A stretch of DNA of 36,393 bases from Candidatus Thorarchaeota archaeon (GTDB lineage Archaea > Asgardarchaeota > Thorarchaeia > Thorarchaeales > Thorarchaeaceae). The translations under genes and the position numbers were made by a program. The stretch is taken from the NCBI GenBank assembly GCA_048882385.1, contig JBHLRQ010000022.1:1864-38256 (forward strand), in the 5' to 3' direction. Below are positions 18,621-28,650 of this stretch, one piece after another (position 1 is the stretch's first letter; each line of letters opens with the position of its first letter). Below the pieces are notes generated by a model. It had not been told where the DNA came from. It did not search any database and was given only the letters and a program-made list of their open reading frames with translations.

Positions 18621-18857
18621 ATGAGCAAACAATCACTGCCATGGTCTTATTATGCGGTTATTCTTACATTTGGAATCTTCTTTGCCACCTCGAATATCTA
18701 CATCTTCACGTTGTGGCTAGCACATCCACTCGCAAGTCCATTATGGCTCATAGGCGTTGCTATTGGAGCTATAGGATTAATCTACTCCATTAGTATGGTT
18801 CGAAATCACCAGAGAGAATTAATTGAGAAGAAGAAATTGGAAGAGGAAACCAAGTAG
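18621..18857 (+). CDS. Small 2-TM membrane protein with charged tail
   Basis: AGGTGA SD upstream of ATG 18621; two hydrophobic helices. Confidence 0.78.
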   Translation: MSKQSLPWSYYAVILTFGIFFATSNIYIFTLWLAHPLASPLWLIGVAIGAIGLIYSISMVRNHQRELIEKKKLEEETK

Positions 18858-18944
18858 CTGCCATTTCGGTGAAAAGCGTAATCAGTAAGAAATATCTCTC
18901 GGTGTTGTGCGCTTCCATTAGAATTACGAGGAAGAAGTGGATAG

Positions 18945-21719
18945 TTGATACAACAAGAAACCGTTAGTATAGGTAAGGTAAGGCGGAGAGGACTTACGCT
19001 GGCATGCTTTGTTCTTGCTATCACTCTTGTTGCTGGGATATCAATATACACAGATAGTCTTGCATCTCAACAGTGGGAGATCCACACCTCAATCGGTTCT
19101 GTAGCCATGAAAGTGAAGGGTGATAATGTTCATGTAATAATAGACGACATCTCTTCACTTCCTGAGATTACGAGTCTTAGCACAATTGAAAAAGCACGAG
19201 CGTTCCTAAGAATGGATCAAGATGAGATCTTTCAAGGCTCACCTGATAATCCATTGAATCCTGTCTTTCTAGCTCAAGGCTTTGCGTATTCCTTGAATAG
19301 TGAGTTTATCGAATCGTTTCCATACAAATTTGTTCTAGTTGTTGGACGATGGCCTGAAAATGGATCAGAAATTGCTATTGCATATAATGATGCCGCATAT
19401 TGGAATATTCCTATTGGTCGAATGATGAATTATACACACACTCTAAATGGAGAGAAAAGAACAGTCTTTGTTGTTGGAATATTTACACAGCCTGATTCTG
19501 ATGCCATTGAACTTTATGCAACAGATGCAGTTGCCATTGTCACTGAGGATGTTTTGAATCCTGAAGATAAATCAATTGAGATCTTCGCAAACATCGATAG
19601 AACTATCATAACACCTTTGGATGGCAGGGGAAGTTTAGCTAGACTTCAAGAACTTGATGATAAAATCAAGGCTCTTGATCCAGATTATTCTCCTACAACG
19701 CCATATTCAGAATATATTGTTGAGAATTATTTGGAGGTAGGAGTTAGAGAGTACATTGATTGGTTAAACACAGCAAGACTTCATCAAATCGGGAGATCTC
19801 AGGGAACGATACTTCTTGGGGGTATGTTGTTTCTCATGGCAGTTAGATTCAATACTGACGCCAGAAAAGATGAGTTACGACTTTGGTTCTCCCGAGGAGC
19901 ATCCAATAGAAGAATAACCACCTTAGTAGTGGGAGAGATTCTTGGCATTTCAATATTATCGTGTGTCTTTGCCTTATTTTTTGGAATTGTAGGAAGTCGC
20001 CTTGCTTACGCATCAACTGATTTTCTCCACTTTGAATCAAATTTGCTGAGCTCCTCAAGTTTCATGATAACTTATGACACACTGTTCTTTTTGCTTGCAA
20101 TCAGTATTGTAACACCTCTGATAGTCTATGCCATAAATCAGAGAACGAAAAGTGAAGAAATAATTGAAGAGCAAGAACATGGAAGACTAGCTAGATTCAC
20201 TAGAGCGCTAAGGATGATTCGCTGGGATGCAGCCATTCTTGTGACTGCGCTCCTATTTCTGATCGCTCTTAATATTGGTGGAAACACTGTTCGAAATATT
20301 CCATCACTGATGTTCATATTCTACTATTTACCAATTCCACTCTTTTTGGGAATAGCAAGCCTGCTAAGCAAAATCCTTCTACAAGCATCAAATGTAATCT
20401 CGAAAATCTATTCTAGAATGAATCGCCAAACAGTATCATATTTGGGAATAAGAAGAATTGGAAAAAGGGTGAGATATGCTGCACCGGTAATTCTTGTGAT
20501 TGGAATAACTATGTCAGTTTCTTTGAATTCTATGATTATTGCTGAGTCAATTCCACAAACCCAGATCAATCATTCAAGGTTCTTAATCGGAGCTGATGTG
20601 ACATTTCATCTCAATATAGACTCCAATGAGTATTGGCCCACAATATTTGAGTGGACTGCAAATCATACTAATGTTGAAAGCATAAGTATGGCATCAGTCG
20701 GAACTTTGACTTTTTCCGAAGGAAGTTCAGGCGAGGTAGAATTCATTGCAATCAACCCTAGCGAATTTATCAAGGTTGGCTTCAGTTATTTAGGAATAGG
20801 TCTTGAAGAATCGTCACTATCAATGATTCTAAATGATCTGGAGTTAAACACAGAAGGTGCAATTATTTCTCAGGATGTTGCTAACGAATATGATGTGCAT
20901 ATTGGTGACTCAATTCGTGCCTTTACTATTAATGAAATTGAGGATATCACAGAGTTTAACGTCATTGGAATTGTTCCTGCTCTTTCAGCACCCAACACAA
21001 TAAATGCGATGTTAACTGACCAAGGCGAAGCCCTCGGTTTAGGAAAGGTTTGGGTAAACAGTGAATATTTGTCTTCAATCATCGACCTTAACGGTACATC
21101 AGAGAATTTTCTGTGCGTGAGGACAAAACCGGGTTATAATGGAACAGCTCTGGGAGAAGATTTTGAACTGGAATTTGGTCCATCAGTTCTAGAGGCGGAT
21201 GGTTGGTCTGCAGTTGAATTTGAGGTTGATGCGTTAGTTTCGCAATCCCAATATCAAATTGATAGAGCAATTGATTCCATGCTCGTAATGATTTCAATAT
21301 TTTCAGTTGTATTAGCACTAACGCTATATAGAATTCAAGGTAACTTGCACGGAAAAAGGGAAAATGCAATTCTTAGAACACTAGGAGCAGGAAAAAGGAA
21401 TATAATCTCAACACAAGTTCATGAGCTTCTTGGAATTGTTATATTGACATTTTTCATTCTTGCCATCTTTGGTCCAATTCTAGTAATCAATTCAGTTGAA
21501 GCTGGTATGACAACGTATAGCATCTGGTCTTTTGAATTTCCAATAGGACCCCAAATCTCTATAAACTCAAACATGTTGGGATTCAGTCTTGGATATTTCA
21601 TAATTATTCCAATTGGTTTACTTCTTCTTCTATATGCAAGACCTTCACATGAAAATATGACTCAAGCTTTAGATGCAGGGTGGTCTAAACGAAACTTAGA
21701 TTGGGAGGAGTGGAGTTAG
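18945..21719 (+). CDS. Large FtsX/MacB-like ABC permease, type A paralog
   Basis: RRRGLTLACFVLA..GISIYTDS matches RRKGVTLLCFLLA..GITVYVDS of 12010; RWD, GIRRIGK and YQIDRAIDSML are shared; start uncertain (TTG). Confidence 0.9.
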   Translation: MIQQETVSIGKVRRRGLTLACFVLAITLVAGISIYTDSLASQQWEIHTSIGSVAMKVKGDNVHVIIDDISSLPEITSLSTIEKARAFLRMDQDEIFQGSPDNPLNPVFLAQGFAYSLNSEFIESFPYKFVLVVGRWPENGSEIAIAYNDAAYWNIPIGRMMNYTHTLNGEKRTVFVVGIFTQPDSDAIELYATDAVAIVTEDVLNPEDKSIEIFANIDRTIITPLDGRGSLARLQELDDKIKALDPDYSPTTPYSEYIVENYLEVGVREYIDWLNTARLHQIGRSQGTILLGGMLFLMAVRFNTDARKDELRLWFSRGASNRRITTLVVGEILGISILSCVFALFFGIVGSRLAYASTDFLHFESNLLSSSSFMITYDTLFFLLAISIVTPLIVYAINQRTKSEEIIEEQEHGRLARFTRALRMIRWDAAILVTALLFLIALNIGGNTVRNIPSLMFIFYYLPIPLFLGIASLLSKILLQASNVISKIYSRMNRQTVSYLGIRRIGKRVRYAAPVILVIGITMSVSLNSMIIAESIPQTQINHSRFLIGADVTFHLNIDSNEYWPTIFEWTANHTNVESISMASVGTLTFSEGSSGEVEFIAINPSEFIKVGFSYLGIGLEESSLSMILNDLELNTEGAIISQDVANEYDVHIGDSIRAFTINEIEDITEFNVIGIVPALSAPNTINAMLTDQGEALGLGKVWVNSEYLSSIIDLNGTSENFLCVRTKPGYNGTALGEDFELEFGPSVLEADGWSAVEFEVDALVSQSQYQIDRAIDSMLVMISIFSVVLALTLYRIQGNLHGKRENAILRTLGAGKRNIISTQVHELLGIVILTFFILAIFGPILVINSVEAGMTTYSIWSFEFPIGPQISINSNMLGFSLGYFIIIPIGLLLLLYARPSHENMTQALDAGWSKRNLDWEEWS

Positions 21720-24575
21720 ATGTTTCTTGTTTCTAGAGCTAAGTCACAAGCGCCTGAGATATTAGTCGCTTTCCTAGTTTTTTCATTATCTACAGGTGTA
21801 GTTGGGGGAGTTCTACTCTATCTAGATAGTGTTGGACCTGAGGTTTTGAATGAAATGTCAGTTGATATGCCAATTGGGATGCAGATCCACTTCCGTCCGG
21901 AGTTCTATCAGCAGAATGTGACTACATATAGTGTCATTGAGGAGCGGGTGGCTGCACAAGAACAAGCAGAATCAGTTGAAGGTGTTTCAATTATTGAGAT
22001 TTACGATGAAGAAGTAGAGGATTCCAAATATTCTAGAAATGTAATAATGGGAGTCGAGTCAAGCTTTTTTGAAACATTTTCAGATATTGTTTACACCCCA
22101 TCTGGTACAGCAATTTTGAATGAATCAATTTGCTATATCCAAAGAAACCTACTTTTTGAATTGGGACTTAATATTGGAAGCAACTACACGATTTCTGTGC
22201 CAACAATAGATGAAAACAAGAATCCGATACGAATCAATTCTACCCTTACGGTAGCTGGTGTGTTTGAATCTAATCTCTTTCAAAGGAGGATAAGTTATGA
22301 TCAACCATCTTTCTCTTCGCTTTTTGTAATTACAGCAAGACCTACTCTGCAGACTTATTTTGGTGAGCTTGATCATGCTGGAACCAACAGTTTGCTTGAC
22401 AGAATCTGGGTGAATTTTGATACAAACAAACTCACTCTTAACGATCCTACATCTATGCTTAGTTCTTTGAGGCAAATTGAACGACAGCTAGAGCAGGATA
22501 TTCTACCATATGCTTCAGTAGTTGAGTATGATCTGATTAGTGTAGCTTACCAATATTCCACCTGGGCTACAAGTATGAGAATAATAACGATGGCATTTGC
22601 TGTCCCATCTGTCATTATGGGACTAATGCTGATTCAGTACAATTCAAACCTATTGGCAGATGAAAGGAGAAGAAATGTTGGTGCTCTAAAAACTCGCGGA
22701 GCCACTGGCCGACAAACTATGTACTGGGTTTTGTCGATGTCGATCTTTAACGGAATTGTGGGGAGTTTCGGAGCGATTCTTACAGGAGCAGCGGCTGCTT
22801 TCATGGCTGGTGGAGTGAGAGAGCTGATGACATTCAATCTTTCTCAGATACTGAGCTTCGCAATTAATCTGAAGCTTGAATCAATTGCCATTTTGTTTTC
22901 ATTCTCATTCATATTGGGTTTGATTGTTTCCTTACCTGGAACAATCAATGCGTTTTTGATGTCTCCAGCAGATGCACACAGTGTTATTGAAAGAAAAGAG
23001 CTGACTCCAAAAGGAAGCTTGGGAAACCCTGTTATCTACGCATTGATGCTTAGTATTTCAGGAGTGCTTCTCATTCCGCTATTGGGAGCGATGGAATCCT
23101 TGGGAAGTTTTACCCTAGGTTCTACATTTCTTGGACTGACAGTGATTCTTCTATTAGCAATCTTTATTCTAGGGTTTGTTCTTCTCCTTGCGCAACCAGC
23201 GGCGTCGCTGAAATCTCGAATTCTACTGCGAATTAATAAACAGTCACTAGTTGTTGGAACTCGTGTTGTTGGAAACTCATCACGAATGTTCAGAAGGAGT
23301 GAAGCGATGGCTATCATGTTCATTTCACTCGTCTTCGCCGCAGGAATATTCTCCTCATTGGCGGCTGCTACAGGAAGTAACCATATGAAAGAGCTATTTT
23401 TGTTTGAAACTGGTGCAGATATTGTAATTGATGTAAAGCCAGGATTAACAAATCTGACTTTGGATTTCATTCCCGCAATTGAATCAATAGATGGTGTTTC
23501 AAAAGCAAGTGGGATGATTAAGACTTCGGCATATGTCACATTCTACAGTGACTGGTATGGATACTATCTATTTTGGAACAGATCAATCGAGTTGTATGGA
23601 GTTCAACCAAGCGAGTGGCTTGAATCAGCATTTATCCTTCCATACTTCACATATTATCACGATACAGCATCTTCAATATTGGAATTAGAAGACGAAGAAA
23701 CGAATGTCATTACAAACTTCCAACCTCTTCTTGGCTATGAGATTGATTCACTAGGCCAGCAGGTAGTCAGCTATTCAGACTATATTTCGTTGGAGCTTGT
23801 GGGTCCAACTGAAAAACACTATCTCAACTGTACTATCGTTGATATAATGTCAAATAATCCAAGGGGATTTGAGCCAATAGGCTTTTCACGCTCAGAATAC
23901 ATTGGAGCTTCATATATTCCTGGAGAAGAAGGGAATCATCCTTTCATCATGCTTAACATTGAAAATGTTCACAACTACCTCAATGTTTCATATGTAACTA
24001 GGTTTTATGTAGATCTAAATGAGGGAGTAAATTATACTCGAGTGATTGATGAATTGACAGCTCTCGCTCCTGGCAGTTTTGAGAGTGTGGACTCACCATA
24101 TTTTGGAATTGATGCAATCCGTGACTCAAGAGCAGGTCAAACAATTCATGGAGCATATACACTCAATGTCTTGTTCTCAATTCTCTATCTTACTGCCGGG
24201 GTTACTTTGGTGACAACAATAAAGATTAGAACAATGAGCAAACACTTCTCTCTCCTTCGTGCGCTTGGAACTGATGCTCGTTCTATTATCAGCTCAGTTC
24301 TCATAGATTCTTCATTAAGTGTAATTCTTGGTGGGATAATTGGAGGCCTTACGGGAATTGTACTCACCTTTCTTACATTTCAAATGCCACTGAATTATCT
24401 TGGGCTTTCAAATGAGGTAACATGGGACTATCTCCCACTGGTACTATCTATTCCTGTGCCTTTGCTCATTGCTTTGACTACAATTGCCATTGTATCTTCT
24501 CTGTTAATCAGCTTGGTCATAATTCGGAGGAAACTTGAAACAAATATCGCTGATGATATCCAACATTCAGAATGA
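21720..24575 (+). CDS. Large FtsX/MacB-like ABC permease, type B paralog
   Basis: MFLVSR..PEIL..FSLSTGVVGG matches 14821; ERRRNVGALKTRGA; GAYTLNV; C-terminus NIADDIQHSE. Confidence 0.92.
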   Translation: MFLVSRAKSQAPEILVAFLVFSLSTGVVGGVLLYLDSVGPEVLNEMSVDMPIGMQIHFRPEFYQQNVTTYSVIEERVAAQEQAESVEGVSIIEIYDEEVEDSKYSRNVIMGVESSFFETFSDIVYTPSGTAILNESICYIQRNLLFELGLNIGSNYTISVPTIDENKNPIRINSTLTVAGVFESNLFQRRISYDQPSFSSLFVITARPTLQTYFGELDHAGTNSLLDRIWVNFDTNKLTLNDPTSMLSSLRQIERQLEQDILPYASVVEYDLISVAYQYSTWATSMRIITMAFAVPSVIMGLMLIQYNSNLLADERRRNVGALKTRGATGRQTMYWVLSMSIFNGIVGSFGAILTGAAAAFMAGGVRELMTFNLSQILSFAINLKLESIAILFSFSFILGLIVSLPGTINAFLMSPADAHSVIERKELTPKGSLGNPVIYALMLSISGVLLIPLLGAMESLGSFTLGSTFLGLTVILLLAIFILGFVLLLAQPAASLKSRILLRINKQSLVVGTRVVGNSSRMFRRSEAMAIMFISLVFAAGIFSSLAAATGSNHMKELFLFETGADIVIDVKPGLTNLTLDFIPAIESIDGVSKASGMIKTSAYVTFYSDWYGYYLFWNRSIELYGVQPSEWLESAFILPYFTYYHDTASSILELEDEETNVITNFQPLLGYEIDSLGQQVVSYSDYISLELVGPTEKHYLNCTIVDIMSNNPRGFEPIGFSRSEYIGASYIPGEEGNHPFIMLNIENVHNYLNVSYVTRFYVDLNEGVNYTRVIDELTALAPGSFESVDSPYFGIDAIRDSRAGQTIHGAYTLNVLFSILYLTAGVTLVTTIKIRTMSKHFSLLRALGTDARSIISSVLIDSSLSVILGGIIGGLTGIVLTFLTFQMPLNYLGLSNEVTWDYLPLVLSIPVPLLIALTTIAIVSSLLISLVIIRRKLETNIADDIQHSE

Positions 24576-24730
24576 TTTACTAACTATGTACGAAACTTTC
24601 GAATGAGATAGACAAGACCAACCGTAACAGCAATACCTTCTCCAATTATGACAATATAGATTGGAGGAATAAATGCTGGGACTGGTGTTGTTAGAGAGAT
24701 ACAATCAAACGATTAGGATAAGCGTCTAAT

Positions 24731-26038
24731 TTATGGAAATATCCGACTAACTGTTCTTGGGAATGGTATGCTGTCTCTAATATGTTCCAGATTTAACATC
24801 CATGTTATCATCCTATCCATTCCTACTCCGAATCCTGAATGTTGAACGCTTCCATAACGTCGAATATCAATATACCACTTGTACTTCTCTGGATCATCAC
24901 CAATTCTTAGAAGGTTATCAATTAGCAACTGTGCATCGGTTTCACGTTCACTTCCACCAATCACTTCCCCAAAACCACGCGGGGCAAGAAGATCACTATT
25001 CTTGTAGGTTCGCGGGTCAGCAGGGTTATGCTTCATATAGAATGACTTGATCTCTTTAGGATAGAATTCTACAAACAGGAAGTTGTCACTATCTCTGGTT
25101 AGGATGTCTTCAGCTTCTGTTCTGATATCTTCTCCCCACTTGATATCCAATCCAGCTTGTTGACAAAACGTGATGGCTTCATCATACGTCATTCTATCAA
25201 ATGGTGGATTGACAGCTAACAGTCTTTCAGAATCGATCTCAAGTTCTTTTAGCTCTAGAGAACGATTTTCCGCTACTGCATGACACATGTAACTGATGAG
25301 TTCTTCCTGTCTTTTCAAGTTGCATTCATGATCGCACCAAGCTTCTTCAACCTCAAGATGCCAGAATTCTGTAACATGTTTTCGAGTGCGGGATTTCTCA
25401 GCTCTGAATGACGGTGCAAGTATGAACACCTTTTCCATAGCGAATAGTTGGGGTTCGAGATGCATTTGACTAGTCTGTGTCATGTACATCTTTTTACCAA
25501 AGTACTCTACTTCAAATAATTCCGCGCCTTCCTCGCCCATTGTTGAAACAAACATAGGGCAAGTAGTTTCATAGAATCCTTCATTTCGAAGATACTCGCG
25601 TGTTGCTCTGAATACTTCATCTCGAATCTTGAGGACATTTGTGAGCTTACGGGATCTCATCCACAAGTGACGATTATCATTCAAGAATTCGATACTTTGA
25701 TGTTCCGTTATTGGAAATTCCTCAGCGAAGTGTAAGACTTCAAACTCTTCGACTTGGACTTCGTACCCTCCCTCAGCACGAGAATCAGCATTAACAATAC
25801 CAGCCATTGTGACTAAAGATTCTATTAGCATCTTTTCTGCATCAGCATATTCTTTCTCGGTGACAGCTGTTTTCTTTATGACAGTCTGAACAACACCTGA
25901 AGGATCTCTCAAAAGTACAAACACCATCTTCTTTTGCTTCCGAATCCGATGAACCCATCCGCGAAGATGGACTTTTGCACCTTCATATTTACCTTCAAGC
26001 ACGTCACTGACGTGGATATAGCTCACTATTTTCACCAT
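24731..26038 (-). CDS. asnS: Asparagine--tRNA ligase
   Basis: OB-fold LRGWVHRIR, motif 2 FRAEKSRTRKHVTEFWHLE, GEVIGGSERE, motif 3 RRYGSVQHSGFGVGMDR. Confidence 0.92.
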   Translation of the reverse strand: MVKIVSYIHVSDVLEGKYEGAKVHLRGWVHRIRKQKKMVFVLLRDPSGVVQTVIKKTAVTEKEYADAEKMLIESLVTMAGIVNADSRAEGGYEVQVEEFEVLHFAEEFPITEHQSIEFLNDNRHLWMRSRKLTNVLKIRDEVFRATREYLRNEGFYETTCPMFVSTMGEEGAELFEVEYFGKKMYMTQTSQMHLEPQLFAMEKVFILAPSFRAEKSRTRKHVTEFWHLEVEEAWCDHECNLKRQEELISYMCHAVAENRSLELKELEIDSERLLAVNPPFDRMTYDEAITFCQQAGLDIKWGEDIRTEAEDILTRDSDNFLFVEFYPKEIKSFYMKHNPADPRTYKNSDLLAPRGFGEVIGGSERETDAQLLIDNLLRIGDDPEKYKWYIDIRRYGSVQHSGFGVGMDRMITWMLNLEHIRDSIPFPRTVSRIFP

Positions 26039-26133
26039 AATTTATGATACCATAACCATAAGCGGATATGGCTCTTCTGTCCACTCTTTTAAGAGATTAA
26101 AAGTATGACGGCCAAAAAGGACCGTCTTTCAAT

Positions 26134-28047
26134 CTAACGATATCTCACAAACCAGATTAGAACAAGGACAACAATGGTGCCAAGTGAAATAAGACCAGCT
26201 GTCATCAGATATCCTAAAACAACTGGAGCTGAAACATGAACAAGCACAATTGATTCTGCCATATTTCCTCCAAGGTCATAGACTTTCAGTATAACCTCAT
26301 GCTCTCCTTGAATCAAGCCTGAGAAATCAAACTCGATTGTTTCTGAAGTCCAATCCTCACTCTCAATAATCACACCATCAACTTCAATTGTGTAGTAGTC
26401 CTTGAAGTCATCTGTTGCAGTCCAACTGTAAATGATATTTCCAGCTCCCTGTGAATAGTAAATTTCAGGAGGGGAGGTTATAATTAATGGTGAAATATCA
26501 TCACGGTTCACTGTGACAAGCACACTATGAAACGCTGTGTTTCCACTCGTGTCGTTGGCATATAAGGTGAAGTTGTGAACTCCAATAGCTAAGTTGTCCA
26601 AACTAATGGTTATTACTGGATCGCCAGGATCGATCGCACCTTGGGCAAAATCCGTTTCGTTTTGAAGGATTTCGTACATGTTGAGGTTCTCGTCACTGAC
26701 ATTCCAAGAGAGTGTGTATCCAGTTTCAGTGTAATAGAACTCGACAGGTCCAGGTCCTTCGATAACTGGCGTAACGTTTTCATAAATTCGGAAAATCGTT
26801 ACATTTTCAGCAAAATTGGAATTCTGATCATACGCAATCAATTTAATCTCATATTCGCCTAATACAAATTCTGGGAAAGCAGCGCTTACGTTGTAAACAT
26901 ATTCATAGGTTTGGTTTATCCATGGAATGGAAACATTGAGGGCACCATCAACCCAGACTTCGATTGAGCTTGGGAAGTCATCCTCAAGAGTCCATGTTAG
27001 AGTAACATTCTCTGAACCAAGTAAGTATGATTGATCACCGGGACCTATGATGCGAGGATCGCGGACATCTGATTCAATCGTGGTTAGGTCGTACCAATAG
27101 TCCTGTAAACCAACTGGTTGACCACTCAAAGTTATTGACCAGTTGATGAATGCAACAGGTAAGTCAATGAATGAAACTGAACCATTGGCTGGTGTGACTT
27201 TAGAATCGATTACTGATCCATTGTAGTACATTAGTACAATATCAGCGCCAACAATTGGTGCTAGACTGGTTTCATAATAGGTAAATATCTCTAAGTCAAA
27301 AAGATAAGGATCTCCAGTAAGTGGACCAACAGTTTGATGTACAAGTAGTTGGGTACCATTTGATTCTATATCGCCTTCATCTAAGAGATAACCATCGTAG
27401 ATTGGGTCTCCGAGTACAGTCAATCTCCAAGTATAATTGCCAGGTAGAATGTCTTGGAAATCCGCTCGACCATCAATAACCTCCACCTGATCATAAAGTG
27501 AGCCATCGCTTACTCTAATAATGGAAAAGTTCAGATTATTCGCGGGGTTGCCTTCAATGTCAGTTATAGTGGCATTTAGGTCATCATTGTCGTTTTGCCA
27601 GTCAACATTACCAAAGAGAATTGAAACATCAGCTTCTGGACCATCAGATGTGATTTGCCCAGTGACATCAGGTGTTATAGGATCATCATCATGTGATACA
27701 TTCCATTTGTATGTGCCAGGAGCAAGATTGAAGAACCAACCGTATCCGTTTCCTTCAGTCTGAGTCTCATCCTCAAGAAGACCTGATGTAGTATTATATA
27801 GCCGAATCCATGCGTCACTCAGAGGAAGTGATCCGTTCAAAACTCTGAACTCAAAATCATCATCATTAAATGCCATGAGGTAATTATAGACTCTGACATC
27901 CACATTGTATGTCGTGTCTGCTATTTGATAGGATGTCTCCAGGAGTTTTGCATCTGAGATTACATCATTGTATGCAACTGGAGTGGCGGCACTAGCTAGG
28001 AAAAGTGCCACGAAGAGAAATGCAAATACTCTGTGTTTCTTGCTCAT
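26134..28047 (-). CDS. Cell-surface glycoprotein with beta-sandwich/Ig-like repeats and C-terminal membrane anchor
   Basis: Signal peptide MSKKHR plus hydrophobic core, acidic repeats, many N-x-S/T sequons, C-terminal TM followed by RYR. Confidence 0.88.
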   Translation of the reverse strand: MSKKHRVFAFLFVALFLASAATPVAYNDVISDAKLLETSYQIADTTYNVDVRVYNYLMAFNDDDFEFRVLNGSLPLSDAWIRLYNTTSGLLEDETQTEGNGYGWFFNLAPGTYKWNVSHDDDPITPDVTGQITSDGPEADVSILFGNVDWQNDNDDLNATITDIEGNPANNLNFSIIRVSDGSLYDQVEVIDGRADFQDILPGNYTWRLTVLGDPIYDGYLLDEGDIESNGTQLLVHQTVGPLTGDPYLFDLEIFTYYETSLAPIVGADIVLMYYNGSVIDSKVTPANGSVSFIDLPVAFINWSITLSGQPVGLQDYWYDLTTIESDVRDPRIIGPGDQSYLLGSENVTLTWTLEDDFPSSIEVWVDGALNVSIPWINQTYEYVYNVSAAFPEFVLGEYEIKLIAYDQNSNFAENVTIFRIYENVTPVIEGPGPVEFYYTETGYTLSWNVSDENLNMYEILQNETDFAQGAIDPGDPVITISLDNLAIGVHNFTLYANDTSGNTAFHSVLVTVNRDDISPLIITSPPEIYYSQGAGNIIYSWTATDDFKDYYTIEVDGVIIESEDWTSETIEFDFSGLIQGEHEVILKVYDLGGNMAESIVLVHVSAPVVLGYLMTAGLISLGTIVVLVLIWFVRYR

Positions 28048-28209
28048 CCAAAGTCACTCTCGATCAAGCTTGAGACGACATATCTTATGCCATCTTATAG
28101 CTTGGCGGCGTCGAACCCTCGGGCCGCATAAAAGGGTTTTCATAGTTAAAGACAGGAACTATGGTTGTAGAATAAGCCTTATGACTGCGAAAATATCGAA
28201 GAATGAACT

Positions 28210-28626
28210 ATGACAAAAATCGAATGGGATGACAGTCTCTCAGTTGGAGTCGATTTAATTGATGAACAGCACAAGATGCTAATCCAAAGGATCAGAGATT
28301 TGTCTGATGCAGTTAATTTGAGTAGAGGCGCAATTGAGATTGGAAAGACTCTTGGATTCATGATTGATTACACAGGATTTCACTTCTCGACCGAGGAAAA
28401 GTATATGACTGATTTAAGCTATCCCGGTTTCGATGTTCATAAGACTCAGCACGAGGAATTCAAATCCACACTCGATGAGATGGTGATGGAATTCAAAGAA
28501 GACGGTGCTACCGCTCAACTAAGTGAGTGGGTAAATAATTATCTAATCAACTGGTTGGTAAAACACATCAAATCAATTGATACAAAGTTGAGTGAGTTTC
28601 TTCGAGAAAAAGGATTTGAGGGATAG
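28210..28626 (+). CDS. Bacteriohemerythrin (single domain)
   Basis: W..SLSVGV..IDEQHK, HFSTEEKYM, HKTQHEEF, WLVKHIKSID: di-iron ligand set intact. Confidence 0.95.
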   Translation: MTKIEWDDSLSVGVDLIDEQHKMLIQRIRDLSDAVNLSRGAIEIGKTLGFMIDYTGFHFSTEEKYMTDLSYPGFDVHKTQHEEFKSTLDEMVMEFKEDGATAQLSEWVNNYLINWLVKHIKSIDTKLSEFLREKGFEG

Positions 28627-28650
28627 AAAGAGAATCCATCCCACTTGTTT

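Noticed and set aside
14818-21719. Genome-wide TAG recoding
   Set aside because: TAG ends several clearly complete genes here (hemerythrin, DUF4438, surface protein, ATPase2), and no conserved domain is interrupted by TAG
24731-26038. Non-discriminating AspRS instead of AsnRS
   Set aside because: GGSERE, RRYGSV.H and SRTR.H..EFWH.E fit AsnRS rather than the AspRS SGAQR / G.PPH pattern
28103-28127. tRNA fragment (GGTTCGA on the minus strand)
   Set aside because: T-stem does not pair and there is no cloverleaf
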